The notes under the pieces: model-generated
Database searches by the model: none
The model's input: only the letters and a program-made list of their open reading frames with translations
Told to the model about the DNA's origin: nothing
Origin: Aquifex aeolicus VF5
GTDB lineage: Bacteria > Aquificota > Aquificia > Aquificales > Aquificaceae
NCBI RefSeq assembly: GCF_000008625.1
Contig: NC_000918.1
Span: 390,001 to 422,000 of the forward strand
Direction: 5' to 3'
DNA length: 32,000 bases
Position numbers and translations under genes: made by a program
Shown: positions 16,507 to 25,435 of the stretch, in pieces
Layout: every line of letters begins with the position of its first letter
How positions within the stretch are numbered: position 1 is the first letter of the stretch

Positions 16507-17820
16507 CTATCCCATTTCATCCCCAAAAACCTTTTCATAAACGTAATCCCTGTTCTTCAGAAACTCCCATGGGTCCAGAGCCTTCTCTATTTCCTCCTCT
16601 GTAAGGTATTTCGTAACTTCGGGGTCCTCTAAGAGTGTTTCTTTAAAAGTTTTATCGCTTTCCCAAGCCTTCATTGCACATCTCTGAACTATATCGTAGG
16701 CGTAATCTCTTGAAAGCCCTTTTTGGGTCAGGAGGACGAGTATCTTTGAAGAGGCGTAGAGCCCTTTTGAGAGTTCCATATTTTTTCTCATTCTCTCCTT
16801 GTTCACCACAAGTCCTTTCAGTATTTCGTAAAAGAGGTTCAGGATGTAGTCAAGGGCTATGAAGGAGTCCGGAAGTATTACCCTTTCAACGGAAGAGTGG
16901 GAAATGTCCCTCTCGTGCCACAGAACTACGTCCTCCATAGCGGGTATTGAGTTGGCTCTTATAACCCTTGCGAGTCCGCATATTCTTTCCGAGTGTATTG
17001 GGTTCTTCTTGTGGGGCATGGCCGAAGAGCCTCTTTGACCTTTCGTAAAGGGTTCTAAAACTTCCAAAACTTCTGTCCTCTGGAGGTGTCTTATTTCCGT
17101 TGCAAACTTTTCTAAGGAACTCGCTATTAGTCCGAGGGTTGTTAGGAGCTGGGCGTGCCTGTCTCTGTGGACTATTTGAGTAGATGCAGGTTCTATTTTA
17201 AGACCGAGTTCTTCAAGGGCTAACTTTTCAACCTCAGGTGGGATGTTGGAGTAAGTGCCAACAGCTCCTGAAATTTTCCCGTAAAGGACATTTTCCCTTG
17301 CAAAGAGAAGTCTCTCCTTTTGCCTCCTCATTTCGTCGTACCACACGCACATCTTGAGACCGAAAGTGTAGGGCTCTGCGTGAACTCCGTGAGTTCTTCC
17401 CATCATTAGGGTATCCTTGTGTTCAAAGGCAAGTCTCTTTATCTCTTCCATTACCTTGTCTATATCCTTCAGGATTATGTCAATCGCCTCTCTTATGAGG
17501 AGTGCGAGGGCTGTGTCAACAACGTCAGAAGAGGTAAGACCCATGTGTATGTACCTTCCCTCTTCTCCTACCTGCTCGGCGATTACAGAAACGAACGCCA
17601 GAACGTCGTGTTTAAAAACCTTTTCCTTTTCCTTAATTTTCTCAACAACCTTTTTGTCAACGTAAGTTTTTTCTTCTATCTTTTTTAAGGCATCTCGGGG
17701 GATCTTACCGAGTTTTGCCCAAGCCCTGCATACCGCTATCTCAACGTCCAACCACTTTTTAAACTTATTAACCTCACTCCAGACATCGCCCATTTCCTTT
17801 CTGGTGTAGCGCTCTATCAT
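16507..17820 (-). CDS. purB: Adenylosuccinate lyase
   Basis: 437 aa with the fumarate-lyase signature GSSAMPHKKNP, plus TSSDV and HGVHAEP. Confidence 0.95.
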   Translation of the reverse strand: MIERYTRKEMGDVWSEVNKFKKWLDVEIAVCRAWAKLGKIPRDALKKIEEKTYVDKKVVEKIKEKEKVFKHDVLAFVSVIAEQVGEEGRYIHMGLTSSDVVDTALALLIREAIDIILKDIDKVMEEIKRLAFEHKDTLMMGRTHGVHAEPYTFGLKMCVWYDEMRRQKERLLFARENVLYGKISGAVGTYSNIPPEVEKLALEELGLKIEPASTQIVHRDRHAQLLTTLGLIASSLEKFATEIRHLQRTEVLEVLEPFTKGQRGSSAMPHKKNPIHSERICGLARVIRANSIPAMEDVVLWHERDISHSSVERVILPDSFIALDYILNLFYEILKGLVVNKERMRKNMELSKGLYASSKILVLLTQKGLSRDYAYDIVQRCAMKAWESDKTFKETLLEDPEVTKYLTEEEIEKALDPWEFLKNRDYVYEKVFGDEMG

Positions 17821-17861
17821 AGGGAATAGGATATCAGAAGGGAGGGAAAGGAAAGAAGGGA

Positions 17862-18254
17862 TTACTTCGCAGCTTCTTCCATTATTTTCTTTATCGTGTT
17901 TTCAACTTCTTCAGCCAGTTCTTTGAACTCATCAGCTTGATAAAGTTTCAAGAGTTCCGTAGGTGCAATAGTGCTGAGAACCACCTTTCCGTCCTGTTCG
18001 TAAACGGAAATCCTGCAAGGCATGGCGGTGGAAACCTCAGGTTTTTTAGAGAGAACCTGGCTTGCAGCTTTTGGCTGGCATATCTCTACTATCGTGCACT
18101 TGTAGCTTATGGGCATTCCCTTGCTTTCAAGTATTTTGTGAACCTCGTGAACGGACATCACACCAAAGCCGTTCTCCTTTGACTTTTCCTGAACGGCCTG
18201 AACTACTTGTTCAAAGTCTTTGGTGCTCTCCACGTTTATCAGCATCTTAGCCAC
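17862..18254 (-). CDS. DUF302-family protein
   Basis: 130 aa. The pattern YKCTIVEICQPKAASQVL...AMPCRISVYEQDGKVVLSTIAP matches the DUF302 core as I recall it. Confidence 0.65.
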   Translation of the reverse strand: MAKMLINVESTKDFEQVVQAVQEKSKENGFGVMSVHEVHKILESKGMPISYKCTIVEICQPKAASQVLSKKPEVSTAMPCRISVYEQDGKVVLSTIAPTELLKLYQADEFKELAEEVENTIKKIMEEAAK

Positions 18255-18353
18255 CTCCTTATAGATTTTTTAAAAATAGTATTCACTAACCATTCTATCA
18301 TTTCTATGACTTTAAACATTAACCGAAAGGGATAAAATTTTTAATCGTGGGAG

Positions 18354-19550
18354 ATGTTAAATCAGAGATTAGAAGTAAGGCAAAAACTAAACTTAAAACT
18401 TTTACTGAAACAAGATCTTGAACTCCTCACTTATCAAACTCAGGAACTTGAAAAACTCATACATGAAGAGGTTCTCGTAAACCCTCTAATAAAAGGCGTT
18501 TTCAAGAAAATACCGAAAAGTTTTGAAGTAAAGGAAACGGTTCCCTACCAGATACCATACACACCCTCAGAACTGGAAGAACTCCAGCAGAATATAAAAC
18601 TGGAACTTGAAGGAAAAGAGCAGGAACTTGCTTTAGAGCTTTTGAATTATCTGAATGAAAAGGGCTTCCTATCAAAAAGTGTTGAGGAGATATCCGACGT
18701 GCTACGGTGTTCTGTTGAAGAACTGGAAAAAGTTCGTCAAAAGGTGCTAAGACTTGAACCTTTGGGAGTTTGCTCAAAAGACGTGTGGGAGTTCTTAGAG
18801 TTACAGATTGAAGAAATTTACCCAGAAGAAGAGGAAATTTTAAAAAAAGCCCTTCGGGATTTAAAAAGAGGAAAAAAGCTAAAACCAGAAATTAAGGGAA
18901 AACTCTCAAGGTTAAGACTCTTTCCTCTTTCCAGTTCAGCGGAGAAAGTTTACACCTTTGCAAAAGTTGACGCAATTATAGAGGAAGAAAACGGAGAGTT
19001 TTTTATATACCTTTATGAAGACTTTATAGATATAGACTTAAACGAAGAGTACTGGGAACTTTACAAAAAGTCAAGAAATCTCCAAAAGGAACTAAAAGAG
19101 GCCTTTGAGAGGTACGAAAGTATAAGGAAGGTTCTGGATATAAGAAGAAGGAATTTAAGGAAAGTTTTAGAGAAAATCGTTGAAAGGCAAAAGGATTTTT
19201 TAACGGGAAAGGGAAGTTTAAAACCGCTGACTTTGCGTGAAGTTTCAAGTGAGATAGGAATACACGAATCTACATTGAGCAGGATAGTGAACTCAAAGTA
19301 CGTGAAAACTCCCGTGGGAACTTACTCCTTGAGAACTTTCTTTGTGAGAGAGTCGGCGGAGGGATTAACGCAAGGTGAGTTAATGAAATTAATCAAGGAA
19401 ATTGTAGAAAACGAAGATAAAAGGAAACCTTACAGTGACCAAGAAATAGCCAATATTCTAAAAGAGAAAGGCTTTAAAGTTGCGAGGAGAACGGTTGCAA
19501 AATACAGGGAAATGTTAGGAATTCCCTCCTCAAGGGAAAGAAGGATTTAA
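18354..19550 (+). CDS. rpoN: RNA polymerase sigma-54 factor
   Basis: N-terminal region I (LKLLLKQDLELLTYQTQEL). C-terminal HTH (REVSSEIGIHESTLSRIV) and RpoN box ARRTVAKYREMLGIPSSRER. Confidence 0.93.
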   Translation: MLNQRLEVRQKLNLKLLLKQDLELLTYQTQELEKLIHEEVLVNPLIKGVFKKIPKSFEVKETVPYQIPYTPSELEELQQNIKLELEGKEQELALELLNYLNEKGFLSKSVEEISDVLRCSVEELEKVRQKVLRLEPLGVCSKDVWEFLELQIEEIYPEEEEILKKALRDLKRGKKLKPEIKGKLSRLRLFPLSSSAEKVYTFAKVDAIIEEENGEFFIYLYEDFIDIDLNEEYWELYKKSRNLQKELKEAFERYESIRKVLDIRRRNLRKVLEKIVERQKDFLTGKGSLKPLTLREVSSEIGIHESTLSRIVNSKYVKTPVGTYSLRTFFVRESAEGLTQGELMKLIKEIVENEDKRKPYSDQEIANILKEKGFKVARRTVAKYREMLGIPSSRERRI

Positions 19551-19566
19551 AAGGGAGAAAGGGAGA

Positions 19567-20040
19567 TTAAGCCACTTCTCCTTGTTCTTCTAGTTTCTTT
19601 ATGGCTATGCTGAGTTGGTGAAGAAGGTCTGCAGGTGATTCTACTTGTTCTACTTCCATTGCGTCAATTACCTTTTCAATGGGTACTCCTCTCCAGTAGA
19701 GTCCTGCGAGTTTTTCCTTCAGTTTTTGCTTGTCCATGGGGAAGTGTTCTCCGTGTATTCTCTTGAGAACTTCCGCAGCCCACCTTATTCCTTTTCTCGT
19801 TTCCGTGGGGATTTCACCTCTTTCTTCTAATTTGTGAACAGCTTCAGCTATGTAGTGAAGGACATCTCTGGGAGTGTCAAACTTATCCACCTCAATTTCA
19901 TCAATTACTCTCTCAACGGGCACACCTCTAATGGACATACCTGCAAGCTTTTCCCTGAGGGTATCCTTTGTGATAGGATAATTAATTCCGTGGAGTCTCT
20001 TTAAAACTTCTGCTGTCCAACCAAGTGCTCTTCTGGGCAT
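19567..20040 (-). CDS. Tandem-repeat protein with two DUF2795-like domains
   Basis: There are two ~75-aa repeats (ALGWTAEVLKRLHGINYPITKDTLREKLAG...FDTPRDVLHYIAEAVHKLEERGE and GIRWAAEVLKRIHGEHFPMDKQKLKEKLAG...VESPADLLHQLSIAIKKLEEQGE). I prefer ATG 20040 over the track's GTG 20049, because GGAGG lies 8 nt upstream of the ATG. Confidence 0.5.
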   Translation of the reverse strand: MPRRALGWTAEVLKRLHGINYPITKDTLREKLAGMSIRGVPVERVIDEIEVDKFDTPRDVLHYIAEAVHKLEERGEIPTETRKGIRWAAEVLKRIHGEHFPMDKQKLKEKLAGLYWRGVPIEKVIDAMEVEQVESPADLLHQLSIAIKKLEEQGEVA

Positions 20041-20157
20041 GGTTCCCACCTCCTTTTAAGTTTTTTCTGACATTTATCAATATATACCTGTAAACTGTCA
20101 TGTCAAGTCTTTTAAAAGCCAAATTTTTAACTAATTTTTCAAGGTAAATTTATAGAT

Positions 20158-20409
20158 ATGGATACGAGAGATGAAGCTCAAAAGCTTGCTAAGGAAGTTT
20201 TAATAAAGCTTCTTGAGTGCGGGACTGAAATAGATGAGTATTACAGGAAGTTCAGGGAACTGCGGGTACTGGAAGACAGGAGTCCCTCCTTTCAGGCTGC
20301 ACTTATAAACGTTGAGCACGCCTTCTTTATGGTAGTACAATCTATTAATGTTCTCAGGGAACAGTTGAGGCTTCTGGAGGTGGCTTCCAAAAAGAAGGAA
20401 ATTGAGTGA
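20158..20409 (+). CDS. Hypothetical 83-aa helical protein
   Basis: ORF with an ATG start. Its stop overlaps the next start (TGATG). No obvious SD and no recognisable motif. Confidence 0.4.
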   Translation: MDTRDEAQKLAKEVLIKLLECGTEIDEYYRKFRELRVLEDRSPSFQAALINVEHAFFMVVQSINVLREQLRLLEVASKKKEIE

Positions 20410-20942
20410 TGGGACTCAAAGTTCTCCTATATGACCCTGATGGAGAGATAGCTCACTTTTTAGAAGATATATTTGAGGTAACGGGTCATACACTTTACCC
20501 TGCAGGTTCGGAAGAAGAAGTATTTGAGTACTTAAAAAACGAACCTGAATTTTTCTTTCTTCCTTTTTCCTTAAAGGAAGCATGGGTTAATTCCCTGAAA
20601 GAGCGTGCAACAATACCCATATTTTTCCTTTTCTCGGAAGAGGAAGAAGAGAGAGCAAAAGGGCTGGGTATTCCCGAAGTAAACCTTGTAAGAGTTCCTT
20701 TTAATCCCCTTGAACTCTTTGAAAGATTAGGGCTTTTACATAAAATGAAGCCTAAGGATTTTCAGGAAATAGGACTCTTCAACACACTCGTAAAATCCCA
20801 CCTTGAAGAAAAAGGTGTAAAGGTAAAGATAAAGGGCTCAGGCGGGGAGTGTCTCGTAAACACTTATCCGGTTTCACTTTCGTGCAGGCTGGAAGAACTG
20901 AAGGAGCTTTTAAAGAAGCGATTACGAACTGGAAGAAGGTGA
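20409..20942 (+). CDS. CheY-like pseudo-receiver domain protein (phospho-acceptor Asp not conserved)
   Basis: KVLLYDPDGEIAHFLEDIFEVTGHTLYPAGSEEEVFEYLKNEPEFFFLPFSL...IPIFFLFSEE...LVRVPFNPLEL follows the receiver beta-alpha pattern. However, the acceptor position reads LPF and the conserved Lys before PF is absent. Confidence 0.5.
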   Translation: MGLKVLLYDPDGEIAHFLEDIFEVTGHTLYPAGSEEEVFEYLKNEPEFFFLPFSLKEAWVNSLKERATIPIFFLFSEEEEERAKGLGIPEVNLVRVPFNPLELFERLGLLHKMKPKDFQEIGLFNTLVKSHLEEKGVKVKIKGSGGECLVNTYPVSLSCRLEELKELLKKRLRTGRR

Positions 20943-21972
20943 AGATTTTGAGGAAAAAGTTAAATTTGAAAACCTCGGAGAATTTTTCAAGGAACTCTTT
21001 AAAGAGGAAGAGATTAAAAAGGAAAGGAAGACGATACCCCTTGAGAAGTTTGAAACCATAAGGACTGTAAGCAGGGAATACAAAAGGGGAATTTTTAAGA
21101 AGAACTTTTACCTGCTTGGTCAAAACGCCATCACATTAATAAATCTCTCTTCCGTGGACACGCTCGCCTTCATAAACAGAGCTTTGGTAGAAGAAGGATA
21201 CTCTTTGAAAGATATAAAGCTTGTTCTTATCACGGACTTTGAGCCATCTTCAGTAGAAGCAATTCGGAGACTGCTTGCCGTAAATCAAGGAGTGAGCTTC
21301 ATAGGAAGGAAGTACGTTAAGGAAGTCCTTGAGAAGTTCGGACTCAGGAACGTACGCTTCAGAGCTGTGGAAGAAATTCCTTCACTTGAGTTCAAACTTC
21401 CAGAGAGCGGGACGGTAAAGGTACTTCCTTTTAGAAACTCACCTCAGGAGGCTTCGGCAGGGTACCTTCTGGAAGAAGAAAGAATTCTGTTTTCGGGAAA
21501 GTTTCTGGGGAGTTTTGGAGAAAAAGGAGATACTATTCAAATTTTTCACAGGGTTTTCTTCCCGTGCAGGAACATACTTGACTACAACGTAGGTTTGCTT
21601 GAAAGTATCGGAGAAGAATTTGAAGTTTTTCCCTTTTACGGAGAAAAACAGAAATTAAGTGCAAAAACTCTGAAAGAATACTTTAACTACACGGTAAAAG
21701 GTAGTGTCCTTGAAAGGGAAGTAATACTCGGTTTGGTGAACGGTGTTTTACTGAACCTTTCCGACGAGGAAAGAGAAAATCTTTTGAGTTCAATAGGATA
21801 CCTCGCGGAAGTGGACGACAAAGTTATCGTAGATTTCTATACAGAACCGAATCTTTTCTACGAGGAATTTGTAAACACTCTCCCAGACGCGGTTAAAAGC
21901 AAGGAAGAGTTTTACAGGATAGTAGAAAAACTCCTGGAGCACAATTTTTACGTCCCGCTAAGGGCGGTTTAA
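20914..21972 (+). CDS. Degenerate metallo-beta-lactamase (flavodiiron/ODP-like) domain protein; start codon unresolved
   Basis: The frame is open from 20914 and clearly coding (EEGEDFEEKVKFENLGEFFKELF...RGIFKKNFYLLGQNAITLINLSS). Its first canonical start is GTG 21154. LVLITDFEPSSVEAI occupies the HxExDH position, and RILFSGKFLGSFG occupies the LFSxDxFG position. Confidence 0.45.
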   Translation, partial: RSDYELEEGEDFEEKVKFENLGEFFKELFKEEEIKKERKTIPLEKFETIRTVSREYKRGIFKKNFYLLGQNAITLINLSSVDTLAFINRALVEEGYSLKDIKLVLITDFEPSSVEAIRRLLAVNQGVSFIGRKYVKEVLEKFGLRNVRFRAVEEIPSLEFKLPESGTVKVLPFRNSPQEASAGYLLEEERILFSGKFLGSFGEKGDTIQIFHRVFFPCRNILDYNVGLLESIGEEFEVFPFYGEKQKLSAKTLKEYFNYTVKGSVLEREVILGLVNGVLLNLSDEERENLLSSIGYLAEVDDKVIVDFYTEPNLFYEEFVNTLPDAVKSKEEFYRIVEKLLEHNFYVPLRAV

Positions 21973-22005
21973 AATACTTTAAACACCTATTTAAAGGAGC
22001 AGGGA

Positions 22006-22791
22006 ATGAAAGTACACTCAAGCGTACTCATAGAAGGAGAGGTTGAAATTCCTGAAGACGTTGAGATAGGAGCTTATACCGTAATTCAGGGAAACGTGAA
22101 GATAGGGAAGGGGACGAAAATAGGAAACAGGGTAACGATAAAGGGAAACGTAACCATTGGTGAGAACTGCAAGATTTTTGACGGAGCGGTTATAGGAGAA
22201 GCGCCCCAGCACCTGAAGTACGAAGGGGAAGAAACTTCCGTGGAAATAGGGAACAACGTGATAATAAGGGAGTACGTCACCATACACAGGGGAACAAAGC
22301 TGGACAAAGGGAAAACGGTTGTCGGAGATAACGTCATGCTCATGGCATACTCTCACGTTGCGCACGATTGCGTTGTGGGAAACAACGTGATTATGGCAAA
22401 CTGTGCAACGCTCGGGGGACACGTTGTCGTCGGAGATTACGCCCTCATAGGTGGTCTTTCCGCGGTTCACCAGTGGGCAAGGGTCGGAGAACACGCCATG
22501 GTGGGCGGTCTTACGGGTGTCTCTTTAGATATACCGCCCTACACGGTAGCCTCGGGTCAGCACGCAAAGCTTTACGGCATAAACATAATCGGTTTGAGAA
22601 GGAGGGGCTTTCCCGAGGAGGTCATTAAAGCCATAAGCAAAGCTTACAGGATTATTTTCAGGAGTCCGCTTCCGAGACAAAAAGCCCCTGAGATAGTTTT
22701 TCAGGAACTTGGACAGTACGAGGAAGTGAGGAAAATGGTTGAGTTTATAAAGAGTTCCAAAAGAGGAGTGGCGAGACACCACAAGGACTGA
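22006..22791 (+). CDS. lpxA: Acyl-ACP--UDP-N-acetylglucosamine O-acyltransferase
   Basis: 261 aa. Hexapeptide-repeat left-handed beta-helix followed by the helical C-terminal domain, with the characteristic [11 protein letters not shown] and HRGT segments. Confidence 0.92.
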   Translation: MKVHSSVLIEGEVEIPEDVEIGAYTVIQGNVKIGKGTKIGNRVTIKGNVTIGENCKIFDGAVIGEAPQHLKYEGEETSVEIGNNVIIREYVTIHRGTKLDKGKTVVGDNVMLMAYSHVAHDCVVGNNVIMANCATLGGHVVVGDYALIGGLSAVHQWARVGEHAMVGGLTGVSLDIPPYTVASGQHAKLYGINIIGLRRRGFPEEVIKAISKAYRIIFRSPLPRQKAPEIVFQELGQYEEVRKMVEFIKSSKRGVARHHKD

Positions 22792-22804
22792 TAACATAAC
22801 ATTC

Positions 22805-24199
22805 ATGCGTGCTGTAATTCTGGCTGCCGGACTCGGAACGAGGTTCAAGAGCGAAAAACCCAAAGTTCTCCACGAAATACTCGGAAAACCGATGCTCTGG
22901 TACGTGATAACGAACGTAAGAAACGGAAGGATAGACGACATAGCTGTCGTGGTGGGACACAAGGCGCAGGAAGTGATGGAAGCCTTTAAAAACGAAAACC
23001 TGAAATTTTTTATACAGGAAAACCCCAAAGGCGGGACTGCTGACGCTGTACTCGCAGCGAAGGACTTTTTCTCTTCTTACGAGGGATACGTACTCATAAT
23101 AAACGGGGACAGTCCCTTAGTCAGCGGGGAAACTATAAGAAACATGCAACAATTCATTCACATGGTTCGGACTTACGAGGGGATAAAACTCGGAGGGGTT
23201 GTTTTAACGACCCACCTTCCCGACCCTACTGGATACGGGAGGATTATAAAGGAAGAGGGGACGGACAGAATTATCAGGATAGTTGAGGAAAAGGACGCAA
23301 CTCCCGAAGAAAAGGCTATAACGGAAATAAACGCTGGAACTTACATCTTTTACGCACCTTACCTCCTTGAAGCCCTATACAGGATAAAACCGAGTCCCGT
23401 GACAGGAGAGCTCTACCTGACCGACGTAATAGAGTACATGGTAAACAAAGGGTATGAAGTAAGGAGCTTTATGGCAAAAGAACCCACGGAAGCCCTTGGT
23501 GTAAACACCCGCTGGGATTTAGCACTCGTAGAAAACGTAATAAAACTCAAGATAGCGAGGTACTGGGCCGAAAGGGGAGTTACTGTTCATTATCCAGAAA
23601 CCGTGTGGATAGAACCGGACGTTTCCATAGAACCCGACGTGGAAATATTTCCCGACGTTATGTTGAAAGGAAAGACGAAAATAAAGAAAGGTTCAGTAAT
23701 AGGAAAGGGAAGCGTTATAAAGGACTCACTCGTGGAAGAAAATGTAATAGTAAGGGAATACTCGGTAATAGAAAATTCGGAAATTAAGAAAAGGGCTGTT
23801 GTCGGACCCTTTGCGAGGATAAGGAACGAATCTGTTATAGGAGAAGAGGCTGAAATAGGGAACTTTGTGGAAGTTAAGAAGAGCAGTATAGGAAAAGGGG
23901 TAAAGGCAAAGCACCTCGCTTACATAGGGGATGCAACTGTGGGAGAGAATACGAATATAGGGGCGGGTACGGTCTTTGCAAATTACGACGGGAAGAGGAA
24001 ATACGAGAGCTACGTAGGAAAAAGCGCCTTTATAGGTAGTAACTCCCTTTTAATAGCTCCTATAAGGGTAGGGGATTGGGCTTATATAGCGGGGGGTTCC
24101 GTTGTAAACAAAGATATACCGGAAGGGGCACTCGCGGTCTCAAGGCCTGAACTGAAAATTTTTGAAGGAAGGGGGAAGAAAAAACTCCAGAAAGATTAA
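22805..24199 (+). CDS. glmU: Bifunctional UDP-N-acetylglucosamine pyrophosphorylase / glucosamine-1-phosphate N-acetyltransferase
   Basis: AVILAAGLGTRFKS, GTADAV, NGDSPL and EINAGTY, plus C-terminal hexapeptide repeats with NYDGKRK. Confidence 0.95.
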   Translation: MRAVILAAGLGTRFKSEKPKVLHEILGKPMLWYVITNVRNGRIDDIAVVVGHKAQEVMEAFKNENLKFFIQENPKGGTADAVLAAKDFFSSYEGYVLIINGDSPLVSGETIRNMQQFIHMVRTYEGIKLGGVVLTTHLPDPTGYGRIIKEEGTDRIIRIVEEKDATPEEKAITEINAGTYIFYAPYLLEALYRIKPSPVTGELYLTDVIEYMVNKGYEVRSFMAKEPTEALGVNTRWDLALVENVIKLKIARYWAERGVTVHYPETVWIEPDVSIEPDVEIFPDVMLKGKTKIKKGSVIGKGSVIKDSLVEENVIVREYSVIENSEIKKRAVVGPFARIRNESVIGEEAEIGNFVEVKKSSIGKGVKAKHLAYIGDATVGENTNIGAGTVFANYDGKRKYESYVGKSAFIGSNSLLIAPIRVGDWAYIAGGSVVNKDIPEGALAVSRPELKIFEGRGKKKLQKD

Positions 24200-25425
24200 A
24201 CTCTTGCAAGAACTTTTTCTTTGAAGTCTTTTAACGTCGGTTTTATCTTCACAGGTGTGCTTAGTTTCCCTTCCAGAACTTCCATAGTTTTATAGCCGTT
24301 CCCCGTTATGTAAACAACTACGGTCTCTTCGGGGGAAATCATTCCCTTTTCTACGTATTTCTTGAGAACTGCTATCGTTGTTCCTCCTGCGGTTTCTGTA
24401 AATATGCCTTCGGTTTGTGCGAGGAGTTTAATACCTTCTATTATTTCCTCGTCCGTTGCTGTTTCCCACGCACCGTTGCTTTCCCTTGCTACCTGAAGGG
24501 CGTATATACCGTCCGCGGGATTTCCAATCGCTATGGACTTGGCTATGGTGTTGGGTTTCACAGGTTTTATGAAGTCCCTTCCCTCTCTCCACGCCTGAGC
24601 TATCGGGGAGCACCCCTCTGCCTGAGCACCGTACATTCTCGTCTTTACTTCGTCTATTAAGCCGACTTTTTTTAGTTCATTAAAGCCTTTCCATATTTTG
24701 GTGTAAAGAGAACCCGATGCCGCGGGTGCTACAACTACGTCGGGAGCTCTCCAGCCGAGCTGTTCAGCGACTTCAAAGGCTAAGGTTTTTGAACCTTCCG
24801 CGTAGTATGGTCTTATATTTATGTTCACAAAGGCCCAGCCGAGGTCGTTTGCAATCTCGGAACATAGCCTGTTAACGTCGTCGTAATTCCCCTCAACTGC
24901 AACAACGGTGGGGTTAAAGACAAGAGAACCTATAATTTTCTGGGTTTCAAGGTTTGCAGGTATAAACACGAAGCAGTTCATTCCCGCCTGAGCGGAGTGG
25001 GCCGCAACGGAGTTTGCGAGGTTTCCAGTGGAAGCACAGGCCGCAGTATCAAATCCGAACTCTTTTGCCTTGGAAAGTGCCACGGACACAACCCTGTCTT
25101 TGAAGGAAAGGGTAGGGTGGTTTACGCTGTCGTCCTTTATGTAAAGGTTCTTAAGACCGAGGACTTCTCCAAGTTTTTCCGCCTTTTTAAGGGGCGTAAA
25201 TCCCGCCGTAAGTCCTACCGTGGGGTTTTCTACGGGAAGCAGGTCAACATATCTCCATAAACTCTTTGGTCCTTTTTCTATCTTTTCTCTGGAAATATTT
25301 TTCTTTATCTCATCGTAGTCGTATACAACTTCAAGCGGACCAAAGCAAAACTCACAAACGTGTATGGGCTCGGCGGGGTATTCCCTTCCACACTCACGGC
25401 ACTTTAATCCCTTTACCTTTGCCAT
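24196..25425 (-). CDS. thrC: Threonine synthase (with N-terminal Cys4 zinc ribbon)
   Basis: CRECGREY...CEFC at the N-terminus. The PLP lysine motif is NHPTLSFKDR, and ASTGNLANSVAAH is present. Confidence 0.9.
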   Translation of the reverse strand: MAKVKGLKCRECGREYPAEPIHVCEFCFGPLEVVYDYDEIKKNISREKIEKGPKSLWRYVDLLPVENPTVGLTAGFTPLKKAEKLGEVLGLKNLYIKDDSVNHPTLSFKDRVVSVALSKAKEFGFDTAACASTGNLANSVAAHSAQAGMNCFVFIPANLETQKIIGSLVFNPTVVAVEGNYDDVNRLCSEIANDLGWAFVNINIRPYYAEGSKTLAFEVAEQLGWRAPDVVVAPAASGSLYTKIWKGFNELKKVGLIDEVKTRMYGAQAEGCSPIAQAWREGRDFIKPVKPNTIAKSIAIGNPADGIYALQVARESNGAWETATDEEIIEGIKLLAQTEGIFTETAGGTTIAVLKKYVEKGMISPEETVVVYITGNGYKTMEVLEGKLSTPVKIKPTLKDFKEKVLARV

Positions 25426-25435
25426 AGATTATATA

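Noticed and set aside
20849-21061. 70-aa extremely basic ORF (KRKRLKRKGRR...)
   Set aside because: It is out of frame with, and fully overlapped by, the clearly coding frame that continues into the MBL-like gene. The basic composition is the frame-shifted image of a Glu/Lys-rich sequence.
22343-22361. Sigma-54-like promoter element (TGGCAT ... TTGCG), looked for because rpoN is in the window
   Set aside because: The GG-to-GC spacing is 16 nt instead of 12, and the element lies inside the lpxA coding sequence. I found no convincing TGGCAC-N5-TTGC in any intergenic region by eye.
22018-23028. Long minus-strand ORFs (158 aa, 85 aa and 167 aa) inside lpxA and glmU
   Set aside because: They lie antisense to genes with unambiguous signatures. 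Hexapeptide-repeat genes commonly leave long open antisense frames, and I see no motifs in them.
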